A stretch of 64,000 bases of DNA, from NCBI GenBank assembly GCA_025201805.1, contig MU619242.1:267507-331506 (forward strand). The letters are read 5' to 3'. This document shows positions 1 to 12,503 of this stretch, piece after piece (positions within the stretch are counted from its first letter, which is position 1; each line of letters begins with the position of its first letter). The notes under the pieces are model-generated. The model saw only the letters and a list, made by a program, of their open reading frames with translations, searched no databases and was not told where the DNA came from. Made by a program: the position numbers and the translations under genes. Source of the DNA: Parasitella parasitica NRRL 2501. Taxonomy: Eukaryota; Fungi; Mucoromycota.

Positions 1-225
1 CTTGGATCCAGTAACAGTATGCCTTGTGGGATCTTCTAACCCAAAATTTCGATCACAAAAAGCTAGAAATTCTTGTCGCATACCCTCATAAGTGTTTGCG
101 GTATTCTTGGGTCTATGATCTCGTCTTGCTTGATGGATTCGTTGTTGAGATGCTCTCATTCTTAAATCCATTTCAGCATTTCCGGAAGGATGGAATTGGG
201 GAATCGCGTTTTTGGGATCATACAT
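1..225 (-). mobile_element. N-terminus of a Crypton(F)/Ndc10-like tyrosine recombinase ORF, running off the left edge of the window
   Basis: Not in the ORF track. ATG at 225 opens 75 stop-free codons: MYDPKNAIPQFHPSGNAEMDLRMRASQQRIHQARRDHRPKNTANTYEGMRQEFLAFCDRNFGLEDPTRHTVTGSK. The RPKNTxxxY...QxEFxxFC...VTxxK pattern resembles the N-terminal domain of CryptonF/Ndc10-type proteins. The catalytic domain is outside the window. Confidence 0.6.
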
Positions 226-944
226 TTTTGCTTGTTACTGAGATAATTAAAATTTTAGGTACTATATATTTAAACTTGTATGTGTAATTCAGCAGTATTT
301 ATATTCGAAGATGGAACTTGAGTATGTTTTTAAGTCAAAACCGGCGTATTACAGTAAAAAAAATGTGCCAAGGATGTCTTACTCAAAGGTTTGTCTTATA
401 TCTAATAGCTTGAATGTGAAATGTATACTTTGAATCACAAAATGCCAAAAATTAAACAAACACTCACAACAAACACACTCAGGACAGTAAAGATGGATCA
501 TGGCCAATTAAATAGCCTTATTTGTAGGAGTTATTTATTGTCATCGGGACACTTTTAAGCAGGAGTCCTCGGGCATGTCCTCGGCTTAATGGGGTCAGAT
601 AAGTCTTATTTAAATAACCTTCTTTCCACAATTACTTATTTTTTTGGTCTTTCCACAATTACTTACCTTGATACCAACACAGCAAAAAGTATCTCTGTTC
701 CCGTAGTGCAAATAATGGGGCTCAATACACACGTCTTTAGCCAAATTAATTTTTTATTATCACCATTTTAATTTCTAAATGTGCCAACATGTACCAGCCT
801 TACTGTATTTTTGGATAATAGATGATTCTGTGGATAATAAATATCCCGAATAGTTATGGGGGGTACTGAAATAATTTATGCAAGAACATTATCATTTCAT
901 GATTTGACAGGTCTTTTTATTCAAAAGCTTCAAAAATATACATA

Positions 945-1385
945 ATTTATTATTAAAGTTTTATTCAATTTTTTATAACAAACGTACACGGTATTCTCTG
1001 TATACTTCAAGATTTTTGCCGCTCTTTCATGGTCAAATGTAATTGGAATTATGGCTTCGTCAATATTATCAATCTTTACAAGACACAGTCTACCGGAGAT
1101 CATCTTATATAAAACTTTGTGAAAATGGCTACCTGTAGCTGTAGCTGAATAAACTTGTGCATGCAGATAATATGTGACATATTCATGGAGTCCATTTCCA
1201 AGCGATATTTTGAATCTTCAAATCAAGAAAACTGCGCTCCTTGAGACTGGACCTGGTCAGACCTATAGCGTATCCAGTGCACTACAGGCGGACGAGGTGG
1301 TGGTGGGCTATATTAGTAGATAATTGGGATATGTTACATCCGCAAGAAGAATACAGTCTTTTACATTTAGAATGTTCACATCATT
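945..1385 (-). pseudogene. Decayed USP (C19 peptidase)-like C-terminal region
   Basis: One minus frame, with 4 internal stops, reads ...VTYPNYLLI*...YVTYYLHAQVYSATATGSHFHKVLY...VKIDNIDE...NTVYVCYKKL. This resembles the USP P-x-x-L-x-I box, His box (YxLxAxV...GxHF), Asp box and terminal Y-x-x-Y-K motif. Possible upstream exons extend to an ATG at 4587. Confidence 0.35.
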
Positions 1386-1685
1386 GGACAATCTTCAATC
1401 TTCAATTAAAGTACATTGCCATGATCTCCTGTCTATAATTATGGCAGATCAATTTGGCTGCTCTGCTCAGTCTGTACCGACTTTGGTACCTCTCCCTGGC
1501 GGCAACTCTACCATCGTCTATGTTTCTCTGTAAAGTTTGCTACTTTTCCTGTTACATGGTTCCAAGTAGTTGGCAGACTGATATTGCCATCTTTTTCAAG
1601 GCTTTCTTTTTTGAAAATGAACTAATAGTTTTGATGGTAAAAATTTCCGTGTTTTTGCAGGTTACAGTCTTTACAATGACGTGGA

Positions 1686-1898
1686 TGTTATGTCAAAAGT
1701 CTGTGATAAAATGAATCTGCCAAAGAATTACACTTTTACTCATAATACATCGAGAGATGTATTATATACACATTCATTGCACTAGGGTTCTACTGTCTAA
1801 CTGCATAATGTAAATCATGACTACCCATGATTTACTGTAAGACTCTAGGACTGATCTGAGATCCTGATGCGAGACCTTGCCATGTTTTTGATATAACA
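1686..1898 (-). mobile_element. Solo LTR, family A (213 bp), 5-bp TSD GTGGA
   Basis: Termini TGTTATGTCAAAA...TTTTGATATAACA. GTGGA at 1681-1685 and 1899-1903. TATATAA lies on the minus strand. Homologous copies at 23709-23764 and 29606-29975. Confidence 0.9.
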
Positions 1899-3028
1899 GT
1901 GGATTTACAACAGTGCAGATGGATTTGTTGCAGCTTTGTGAAATGTATCAAAATGAGTTTATATAGATTCATCAAAATTGGCTATACTATCTGCATCTTA
2001 TATATCTGTATGCTTTGCGAAAAATGATCAGCATCGTACCTAGAGGATACTATTTTTCTGTTTTCTCCTGTACTGCCATATATGAAAAGCAATGCTATCA
2101 GTATTGTTACATTATGAAGCCATAAAACAAAAAGCATTCCATTTTAATTGATATTCAAATGTTAAAAGAGGTTATTTTATAGTAAACAGCTTGGTAATTT
2201 TCATTTTAAAATACATAAACAAAAGCAGCAATACGTATGAATGCTATCAACCTCTTCTTAACACAACTTTAGCCAGAAAATTTAGATCAATTCTTGCCAA
2301 TTTTTTACCACTGTCAATAATGCCATATGTTTGAATAACAAACCGTATTAATAAAACCTTGTTCAAATATTACCAAATATAACATAGATAATAATAAATG
2401 TACTTGTTCGCAAATTTTATAACTTACATGTGTTTATATATTCTTTTGACACTTTTTGTTTTCAAACCATTCGACTTGAAGCTTTCCACTTCATTTAAAA
2501 AGCGAGAAAGATTGTTCGATGTTTTAGCCTAAATATAACTTTTTAGTATCAGGTAAGTATAAGCTGTTGCATTCATATACAAATACTTTATTTAGTTTTT
2601 TCAAGAGACAATCGATATTTTTGTCCTTGAATTTAGGCCTCTTGATTATGTATCTCTCCTTAATTTTGTTTGCTATGTCAACAGAGAACCAACGCAATTG
2701 TGATTCAAAAGAGGTCATCCGTAAGATCAATAATCATATTTTTAGACAAACTTCGAATAACTCTTGTTAGCAATATATTATTTTTCATTTAAAAAAAAAA
2801 ATGCTACGTAGTATTCGAAATATTTGTCTTTCTTGCTCTGTTTTTCTTTAAAAGGGATGAGATCGAAAAGGCTTTCGCCTAATGTCTTGTTAAGTCCAGG
2901 TATTTTTACTGCATCTTTTGCTGTTGTCTATTTCATTGGCTTTAATAACTTCAATTATAAAATACATAGTGATTATAAAGTATACCTACTTTTTGTCTTT
3001 TGGCGGAACGGGTATCAGTCGCAATCTA

Positions 3029-4408
3029 GTTTTGTAAGTATGAAAATAAACTCTTAAAAGTAAAATATTAAAAGGGAGCAGGTGTCGTAAGACAAGTGAC
3101 CTATATCCCGAGGTGGGGCATGTAATTATTGACAGATGTTGAGAGATGGTAAATGTCAAAAGTTGATTATGGCACGTTCCACAATAAATTGGTTGTCAAG
3201 AACAACTGCATCAAAATGGTGTTTCCATTTAGCTCGCCCGACAGAGGTCAGAATACAGGTAAATGCTTCAAAAACTGAAACTTTCATATCAGAATCCAGG
3301 AGCCGGTACCCTTGAAGGTTCAGGAAAATTACATCCTGGTACACTTGATCTATAGTTAGAGGCCAAAAGGCACAAAGACTAAGGCAAAGTAGTGTTACCA
3401 AGCATCAGCATGAGAAGGACAAGTGAACAACATGTGCGCAGTAGTCTCACGCCCACCACAGAAGACACACATTTCATCGGGTAGCTTGAGAATAGGCCGC
3501 AAGTTTACTTTGGAGGAAGCTTTGTTGTGCATCAACCAGAACCAAAGCGTGCGCGCTGGGCTGTGCATCCTAGTGCGGAGAAAAGAAGATACCGTTAGAC
3601 GGGTAACATCCAAAGCAGGCCGGATAATTGGAGGGTGATCACGCATATACATCGTTCGAAGCTGGGAGTTGACCATGGACAAGACCATAATTCCTTGGTA
3701 GGCAAGCTTATGGCGAAGGTAAGGCAAGAAATCAACACCATTACCTGTTACTTGCAAGGAGGGGCCAGAAGGAGTGGACAAGTAGACATTGACATACGAG
3801 ATAAAGGACAAAGTACTAGCATTTATCACTCGAAGTATCTGTGACAACAGTTCCGGATTAGGACAGTTGCTACGAGCTTTGACGACTAGAGACTCAGATA
3901 ATCGACTTGGGACTAAGAAGACACTAGCAGGCTTTTGCCGGATCTGCCTATGTTGAATAATGCTAAGATCAGTTGCATCCTGTCTACATAATGCGACAAA
4001 AGAAAACTGTAGCAGAGTGTCGAGGGAGATTTGAAATTGATCCCACGAGTCTTCAATAAAGAAGGCATCTACAGAGCGCAAGAGAGGAAGGAGACAATGC
4101 AAGCCGGACAGAGGCGAACCCCATCGGTAGTTACGAGATAGCAGAGATAACTGCATGAAGGGGACCCCGTAAATTACCTGTATGAACGTAGAAAGGAGCT
4201 GCAGGAGGAAATCAGGTAATTTCTGATCACCTTGGTTTTCTAATAGCAGGGCCCTGACATATCGTTGTTGGAGAATGTGTTGTTGGACAGTAATGTCAAT
4301 TACTCCCAAACCACCAGCTGCTTTGGGCAAGTAGATGACTGATTTCCGCAACGGAGGGAAAATCCTATAGCATACGAACTGGTGCACCATGGAGGATACC
4401 TTCTTGAC
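3029..4408 (-). mobile_element. 5'-truncated L1/Tx1-like non-LTR retrotransposon (3' end of ORF2 with zf-RVT), frameshifted
   Basis: ORF 4390-3395 contains the post-RT LPKxxGGLG motif and CVFCGGRETTAHMLFTCP (zf-RVT). It continues in another frame at 3401-3156. Perfect 14-bp TSD TCAGTCGCAATCTA at 3015-3028 and 4409-4422. Confidence 0.9.
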
Positions 4409-5049
4409 TCAGTCGCAATCTATAATGTGCAAAATGCAATTTAGAACAATTAAAAATTAAAGGTGTTATTCAAATATTACAGAGGTAGCCTCTTCCATAT
4501 ATCTCAGTTCTCAGCTTGCAAATTCCTTCGCTTCTCAGCAATTTGTTTCAGCTTTTCAACGAGGTTCGATGGTCCACTGTTAGACATCTTGTTTTAGAGT
4601 GAAAAAAGTGAGAAAGAAGCAAAAAATGCGTTTACTTGATTACTTTATAAAATGAGAGTGATACGTAAGAATATTAAGTCGCCTGATAATTGGCTGGAGT
4701 ATCAAAAGAAATTAAGTAGAGTTTTTAAGATAAGAATAAGTTGTCCTTTCTTTATTATAAGTTTGAAGCCTTTATATATTTTCTTAAAATTAAGCTTAGC
4801 GTTGCTAGAGTATCTCTTCATGAAGGTTCCAGTAGAGTAAGAGACCCAATCAGAGGAAGTCATTCGGTTCTCAGATCTAGAGGAAATATTGGTCTCGCGA
4901 CAAAACTGTTATTTCTGATAAAAGCCGAGACGTGGAGTTCCATATTTAGAGAAAAAGAGTAATTGCTTTGTTTCATTCATAGTGAAGATACAAAAGGATT
5001 GTGCTATCTATATCATATCTTTAAGTTCAAGGTAGTCTTTAGAATGGGT

Positions 5050-5395
5050 TAAGGTTGTCTATTGACAAACATCTGTGATTCTGGGCGTAAGTGTGTCTAT
5101 TGATTTTGGATCAAAAACCTGCAATTAGATTCAGGAACGGAGAGTAAGGCTGGAAATTAGCCTTATTTATGTCCTTGGGATTTCATAAATTTCTATACAG
5201 ATAATTTATTATGAATGGGTGTGTTATCATGGTGGCACTTTCTTATACCTTTAGTTGATCTGGCGTTTTCTATAGTGTAGAAGGTCTTGTCAGACAAGTA
5301 CCAAGCTGGGTTCTCTATATCCAGTTGCACAGTAGAACTGCTAGTCAAACCTGCGCCATCTTTTCCAATGGCTCTCAAAAGCGTGTGTCTTTGTA
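5050..5395 (-). pseudogene. Highly degenerate IS630/Tc1 transposase relic
   Basis: Minus strand gives DNTPIH..., then after a frameshift QPYSPFLNLIAGF*SKI, matching the DNAPIH...PPYSPFLNPIEEFWSK motif pair. Confidence 0.6.
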
Positions 5396-7539
5396 AAGCC
5401 AGCGTAGATTTTAGGCGCCTAGTTTTTTTTTTTTTTTTTTTGGTCTACGCGAACTTCAGCGTGTTATTGTCAGAAAAAAGACAAAAACTGTAAGAAAACT
5501 ATAATTAGTGATCTCAAACACAAAAACAAGTAATTAAAAGTAATGATTTAGACTATAAGGCACCTTTTGATTACATATTTGCATAGTTTAAAGCAAGTTT
5601 TTGTACATTTTGAGTTGATATCAGATGAAGGTAACTTTTTTCGGAAATTTATTTTTCAAAATCGGAGCATGAGATCGTCAGGCCAGCTACAGACATGCAT
5701 GTACTATCATCAGAAAGCCAAAAAGTACATCATTCAAATAAATTAGTTTGCAATTGTTTCTCACTTGAATTGGGTAAGTAATGGTTTCTTAAAGCTAGTG
5801 CTTTCTTAAAAAAAAAACATCATTTTTCTTTGGTAGCGGAGATTTAATGCATCCAAAATAAGGAAGAAAAAATTCTTTCAAAAACTCCATTTGGATATTT
5901 CGAGAACAAAATTACTTCTTTGAGGCAAGATATCATCTTCTGATATTATGCATACCACGGTTGTCAGTTTATGATAATAGCTGTATTTTTGGGCGCTCTA
6001 CACGCTGCTATCATTGCATAATTCCCGCATGCTTATGGAAGAAATTCTGTCGAAAAAACCTCAAAAGCAGATTAAGAGAAAAAAGTCAACATTTTGCTTA
6101 ATCAGAGCGCATTTCCAGTCTTTCAGATCAAGGAACGGTCCTTTACGATCATTTTCCTCCAATATATGCTATAGTAAAAAGTTGCATTTTTGGGGTCAAA
6201 ATCGAGAATAATGCACATTTGATGATTTTGGATGTGTGGATACAAGGAAAAAATTGAAAAAATCCGGCATTTTGCATCGAAAAAAAAATCATGCTCAAAT
6301 TGCACCAAAATCATATATGATATAGTTTTTTCCCAATAGATACTATTTCTGGTGTTTACAGGGCACTTTTGATTATAAAGATCAGTCAAAAATGGCACAC
6401 GAAGCTAAATTTTTTGCTTTTAAGCTGTAAAAATATCTATCTGGAGATGATATAATGTCAAAATCAATTCTAGTACATGACACAGCTCTATAACGTAAGT
6501 ATTTTGATGCCACAAGTATACTTTTCTTCATAGCAATATGATAAAGCAGGAGTGGCTCATCGAGTTGGAAGCAGAAGAGGATAATTATTGAATACTTTGC
6601 TGCAATAACCCCTTGTTATTTATAAATAATTCATAAGTTGTTTTTTGCTAGTGATAGAGAAGCCCTTTTACCATTGTTAATATTGCTTAATAATAAAATA
6701 CTAATTTGACATCATGAAGAAATTACATTGAGTTAAACTACTTTTATTTCTTATACAATGAAGCTCCAAATTATTTTTTTATAATCACCATTTATTTTTC
6801 CAAATCAACCAATATTTCCCAACTTCACTGTACCCTCTTTTCAAGTACCCACTTTTTCTCAGTAGCCAATTGACGGTACTTTATAAAATCCCATGGTATG
6901 GAGAGGTGGGGCCACCTTACGACTGAACTCTGTCTTTCAGATGCACAAAAAAGAAAAATTTAAAAATGTATGAAAATTACCTTTGAGTGATCTAAAAAAA
7001 AACCGCACCTCAGCCTTAATGTCTTGTTGCATAATTATTAGTTGCGACTGTATGTTTATAGAGAAAGTAGCCATGACTTCATGATGGCAATTTAGTCTTC
7101 AAAATTAGAAAGTAATCAAGAGAAAAGAAATACAGTGGTATGCCGAGCAGTCTAATAAATATGCATCAAGAAGCATGATAAGCTTAATATGCTTCCTGGA
7201 TACAAAAAAAATCGAAGAATTGAGTCGATTACTCCCAATGTTGATGCAATGAATGTAGTGAAAAAATAATATGAGCAAATTAACCAAATCAAATGGTAGG
7301 ATATTATCAAGTCTATCTATTCAGTACATCATCAAATAGACATAACATCAAGCGTATTATTTCTATTTAAATATATTTGGAATGTATTTAGGTATCACCG
7401 TTGGTTTAAAGATGCAACTTGTAACATCAAGCATGTATAATGCACTGATTTGGCAGCAATATAAATCTACAAACAAATGGTCCGTTGTTACATAACAAAA
7501 CTTTTACGTAGAGACGAAACACTTGGCTATGTATGTCAC

Positions 7540-7606
7540 TTTTTGTAGCTTTCTGTAGTTTCCTGTCGCTTCCTGTCGCTTCCTGTCGCTTCTTGTCGCT
7601 TTCTGA
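7540..7606. repeat. 10-bp minisatellite (TTCCTGTCGC)n with degenerate flanking units
   Basis: Three exact copies plus variants (TTCTTGTCGC, TTTCTGTAGT), just upstream of MSP1; possibly the subterminal repeat of a TE end. Confidence 0.8.
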
Positions 7607-7752
7607 CCCTGTCAAGACTTTGAATCATCAATTAAAGGAGTCACTACAACAATCCATCACTGTTCCCACACGTGAAAGATGTGTTGATATTTCACTGCCG
7701 CAAAACAGATTAGCAATTCCACAGCTTTTTTCCAGCTACACTTGTCTCCATT

Positions 7753-9198
7753 ATGTTCAAATCTTGGTTACAGCGCCCAGAAACCAAAAAGTATGCAGCC
7801 GATGGTAGGTTTGATTAGAAATTAACGTTTGAAACCATAACAGTAGAATTAACCTTTCCCTTTTTTTTTTTATTTTTGCTCTCTTCATTTGGTAGTTGCT
7901 GTTTTTGCTCTTTCACAAGTTGCCTTTTACTTTGCGTTCAAGTTTGTAGTCGGCTCTCTTGATCCTACCAAGGCTAAACGTCAAGAAGCGAAAGCCAAGA
8001 GCAACCGTGTTCTTGGAAAATTAGGAGTGAGTGAACACTTGTAATAATTATATTCACCATTACTAATTCTAAATATTCTACAGGCCAAAGATTTAAAATT
8101 AACAGAATATGAACAAATCATTGCAGCAGAGGTTATTCACTCTGATGAAATTAGTGTTAACTTTAAGCGTACGTACGATATAATTCATGGGTGTGTTGTG
8201 GGTGCTGAGTACCGTATGAAATCATAGAAATTGGTGGGTTGGATCACATCATTCAAGATCTCCGTGAAAGTGTCATTTACCCACTTTGTTATCCTGAATT
8301 ATTTACGTCTGCCTCAGGGCTCTTAGGCGCCCCAAGGGGTGTTTTATTATATGGCCCTCCTGGTTGTGGTAAGACCATGCTGGCCAAAGCTTTAGCCAAA
8401 GAGAGCGGCGCTACATTCATCAACATCCATGTATCAACTTTGACAGACAAATATTACGGGGAATCCAACAAACTCGTCTCTGCAGTCTTTACACTTGCCA
8501 GAAAATTACAGCCATCGATTGTGTTTATTGATGAGATCGATTCATTCTTGCGTGAACGGAGAAGCACAGATCATGAAACTACAGGTATGATGAAGGCCGA
8601 GTTCATGAGTTTGTGGGATGGTTTGACTACAGGTGAAGATGGCCGCATCGTTATTTTGGGAGCCACCAATCGTCCCAATGACATCGACTCAGCTATTCTT
8701 CGAAGAATGCCAAAGAGATTTTCGGTTAGACTGCCTAGTGAATCACAAAGAAAGAGTATCCTTCAACTTGTAAGTATTTCACGAAAGCGGGGTGCAATAG
8801 TAGTAGAATAACCGGTCAATTAGCTTTTGAAAAACATCGAATTGGCATCGGATTTCAACATGACAGAATTAGTACAGAGAACAGCAGGCTTATCTGGAAG
8901 CGATTTGAAAGAACTTTGTCGTAACGCAGCTATGATACCAATCCGTGAATTTGTTAGATCTGTTAGACCTGCCTCTACTAGTGAAGATGCTTCTCAAGAT
9001 TTGGTTGACTTGGACACTTCTGTAAGTTTTAAAGTCGACATGTGTACGGGAGAGGCCAGTTATTAACACGACAACTACATGTAGAAAATTAATACTCGCC
9101 CATTGACTGTTGCAGATTTTTATTCTTTCGAAGCAACAAACGAGAAATCCTACAGCTATATCTCTGACGAAACTCCTCAACAAGAAAATCTCGATTAA
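7753..9198 (+). CDS. MSP1: Mitochondrial/peroxisomal AAA ATPase Msp1/ATAD1 (6 exons)
   Basis: Exons approx. 7753-7804, 7896-8026, 8084-8168, 8228-8769, 8824-9021, 9085-9198. N-terminal TM segment, LTEYEQIIA, Walker [35 protein letters not shown]. Confidence 0.92.
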
Positions 9199-9712
9199 TA
9201 TAGATTCACTAAAATAATAAAAAAAAAAACGAAATACAAAATTGTGTGTCGTGCCTTAACACACTCAATGAAATGTAAACTAGAATATATCCAATATCGT
9301 GGATCAATTAGGTGACAATGTAGTGCAGATCAATAAGGTGATAAGCGTCGACTATTGCTTTGCCCTACATGGTGCTTTATTATGCATAACCAAAAGTGAA
9401 ATTAATATAAATAAGCACAGATCTTGATCTGTCACTAGTGGTCAACATTCGTTATAAAGAAGTTTATTACTACGCCCCCAGCTTATAACTCTATTGCAAC
9501 TTGTCCAGTAATCGTATATTACATGCAACATTTGCAATCCGAAATGCAGCTTTTGCCATCGATATGGGGCATCTTTCCCCACAACCCCCCCCCCCCCTCA
9601 CTAGATGATTGTACTTCATCACATGTCAAAAGTTCCATTTTTTCAAAAACAATCATTTAATCCAGGTAGTAGACGCACTTGTATAGATGCTGTACAATAG
9701 AAACTGCTTTTT

Positions 9713-12293
9713 TTACAGTTGTCCTTTAATGTCAATTTTTTTATACTTTTTAAAGCTCTCTGCCAGACCGGCATACGCAGCCCTTGCATCCAAAGCCTTG
9801 GTATCATTTGCTTTTAAAAAGTTGGCCTTTTGCTCAGTCAAAAATTTCAACAACTGGTCTAAAGAATCGAATGCTAATTCGCTTTGTATAAACTCTAATG
9901 GTACATCTGGCCGGCAACTATATAAAAACCATTAGCGTTTTACAATGTATGTAAGTCTTGCATTGTCAACTTACGATTTGCATAGAATAATCAGCGAGTG
10001 TACTCGTTCTCTTTCACAAAAATGATCCATTAGATACCCGCCCATGTTGGGCGCATTTTTATACAAAACAAAGAATCGATGGTAGTTAGCAGTTGCAAGC
10101 GACGAACGTACATTCAAAGCATGTTGGACAAATGTGTTTTGTTTTTGCTCGGTTGTGAGGTCGGCCATTGTAGAATTGACGTCTGCGAAATAAATCAGTA
10201 TGTATGGCCAACATCCATCACACTTTTTGAGTCCTTTTACCTGCCCAGTTTTGTGTATGTAAAAAGTATAGAATTCGGTATGCCGTGAATTCCATCTCAT
10301 TACCCTTTATACCTTTAGTGTACAATCCTTTCAGCTGCGTTTGACATTGATTATACTCCCCTAAATCACTCTGAACATAACGTGAGTATATTGGCATGTG
10401 TGCAGGCCTATAATGCATACCTTTTCTAACGCAATTCTAGCATGAATTTCGTAAACTTGCACAGTGAACTCGTTTTGGATCCGTTGAACAGTCAGATCTT
10501 GTCTCAGAGATTTAAATTGATCACAAATGTAAGTATAATTTTGTTCATTTTTCCACTTATCCTTTAATAGCCCCAGAGTCTTCTTTAATACTTCTAATGG
10601 TCTGACTGTGGCTGGATCCGGTGCCTGTAATTGGGGCAGGATTAGTACAATCAGAAGAAATGTTGTCATGTTCAAATACTTGCAGACGTCAATCGAAGGT
10701 AGTGCTTCTCCAATTTCTGAGATGTGCCAACGATAGTTTGTTTAAAGACATCGCCATCCTATAAAAAGTACGCGAAATCAGTCAACTTTTCTCTAATCAG
10801 TGTTCGCTACCGTACCAAGGTCATCATTTGCATTGGCGTCGATACATTGTCTGCTTTAAACTGTGCTGCATCGTCCTCAAAACGCCTCAGACGCCTCAAC
10901 CTCTTTGCCTCTTCTTCTGCAGAAAACTGGTGTTGCTCTTTGTTAAGTTTTGCCTGAGAATTCTTTTTACTATCATATAGGAATATGTTCAATAAGCCTT
11001 GTATTTTTTGTAGCAAAACCATGATACTCACCCTTTCTTTTTCTTTTTTTGGGGGTTACTGGTGCAAGCACTACAACAAATGTCAATACAGTGCCAATCA
11101 ACTATCATCTATACAATACAAACCTAGGAAGATCCATTTCACTCCAATCCGTGGTCAAAAGAGTACCAGCTTTATGCGCCTCCAAAATGAGATTACGAAG
11201 CTGTAGCTCTGCTTGGTCTCGTTTGTTGGCTAAACAGTTTGCAAATACATCTTGTACGTATTGTCTATTTCGTAATTAGCATTACTACATAGTCCCCCCC
11301 ACCCCATAGCCCTATAAGACTTACTTTAAAGATTGCGGCCAAGTTTCGACTGCCATGGCTTTCTTTTCATTTGCCATATCTTCAGCTGATTTTGTATCTG
11401 CTGCTGCTGCTGCTGCTGGAAGAGAAGCAGGAGATTGAAGCCGTTGTTGCTGTTGCTGTTGCTGGTGTTGCTGTTGCTGGTGTTGCTGAGCGGAAGACAC
11501 GGATGGATTTACTGCAGCTGCAGGCGGTTGCTTTGACCATGGTGGTATCTTTGATGCGGGCCCTGTTGTTTATAAATTTAGAAACTCGTTGACAGTTTTC
11601 GTTGAACACAACTTACTATTAGAGACAGGAGGTGCTTGATATGCTTCTTTCTGGACGGGAGGGGGAGGTGGAGGAGGACGGTGCTGTTGCTGTTGCGGTG
11701 GTGGTGGTGGAGGAGCCCTTTGTGGAGACAAAATTAGTAATTAATTTACGGGCTAATAAAATCAACAGCTATACCTTTGTTGCTGATGATGTGCGTAATA
11801 TGGATGCTGCTGATAAGGATGTTGAATCGGTCTTGTGGCAGACGCTTGTGCCGTAGACGTCGCAGGAGGTTGATGGTATGGTTGCTGTGCATAATAGCCT
11901 GGATATTGAGAATAATCGTAATTATTGTAAGTGAGAGTACCTGCTTGATTACCAGTAGCCTGAGCAACACCTGGTGGCCCATCAGTGCCAGGAGGTGGAG
12001 GGTTAGTGCCAGCTTGTTGGTAATATTGCTGATAATAAGCCTGTTGCTCGGGCGTTTGGTATTGATAATATGCAGCATATTGCTGATCAGTTGCAGTGGT
12101 AGATGTAGAAGCGGCAGAGTATTGAGAGTATTGCTGCCATTGCTGATGCTGCTGTGGATGTGGCTGCTGGTGCTGTTGAGCGTTGGAAGACCTGTTCATA
12201 CAAAGAAAAGCTTTAGCGCCTTGGTATTTTTAAGCAGTTAATTCATTTTTACCATGGAGGGTTCGCTGCCTGCTGATTTGGTGGGTAAGCCAT
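9713..12293 (-). CDS. THP3: SAC3/GANP/THP3 family (LENG8/Thp3-like) PCI protein, multi-exon
   Basis: [65 protein letters not shown], ending IDIKGQL*. Q/Y-rich N-terminus starts MAYPPNQ. Confidence 0.88.
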
Positions 12294-12503
12294 GTTCAAA
12301 ACTAGTGCAAAGCTTGCTCTTGATTTAATTTCTTTTACAAAAAGAAAAAAACATCTCTTTAAAAATCGCACTCCAAGTATTTGTAGCCAAACGAATCTAT
12401 AGTCACCGTCCACTTGAAGCATCATTAAGGGATTCAACTGCCTTTGAAATGTAGCAAAGACAAGGTAGGACCCGCGTATGAATTTTTCGCTTTCAATTCA
12501 AAC

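Noticed and set aside
5400-6007. hAT-like non-autonomous element bounded by CAGCGT...ACGCTG
   Set aside because: The terminal match is short and there is no 8-bp TSD.
11371-12241. Plus-strand ORFs rich in Leu/Val/Ala
   Set aside because: Antisense shadows of low-complexity exons of the THP3-like gene; most short ORFs in the track are similar shadows.
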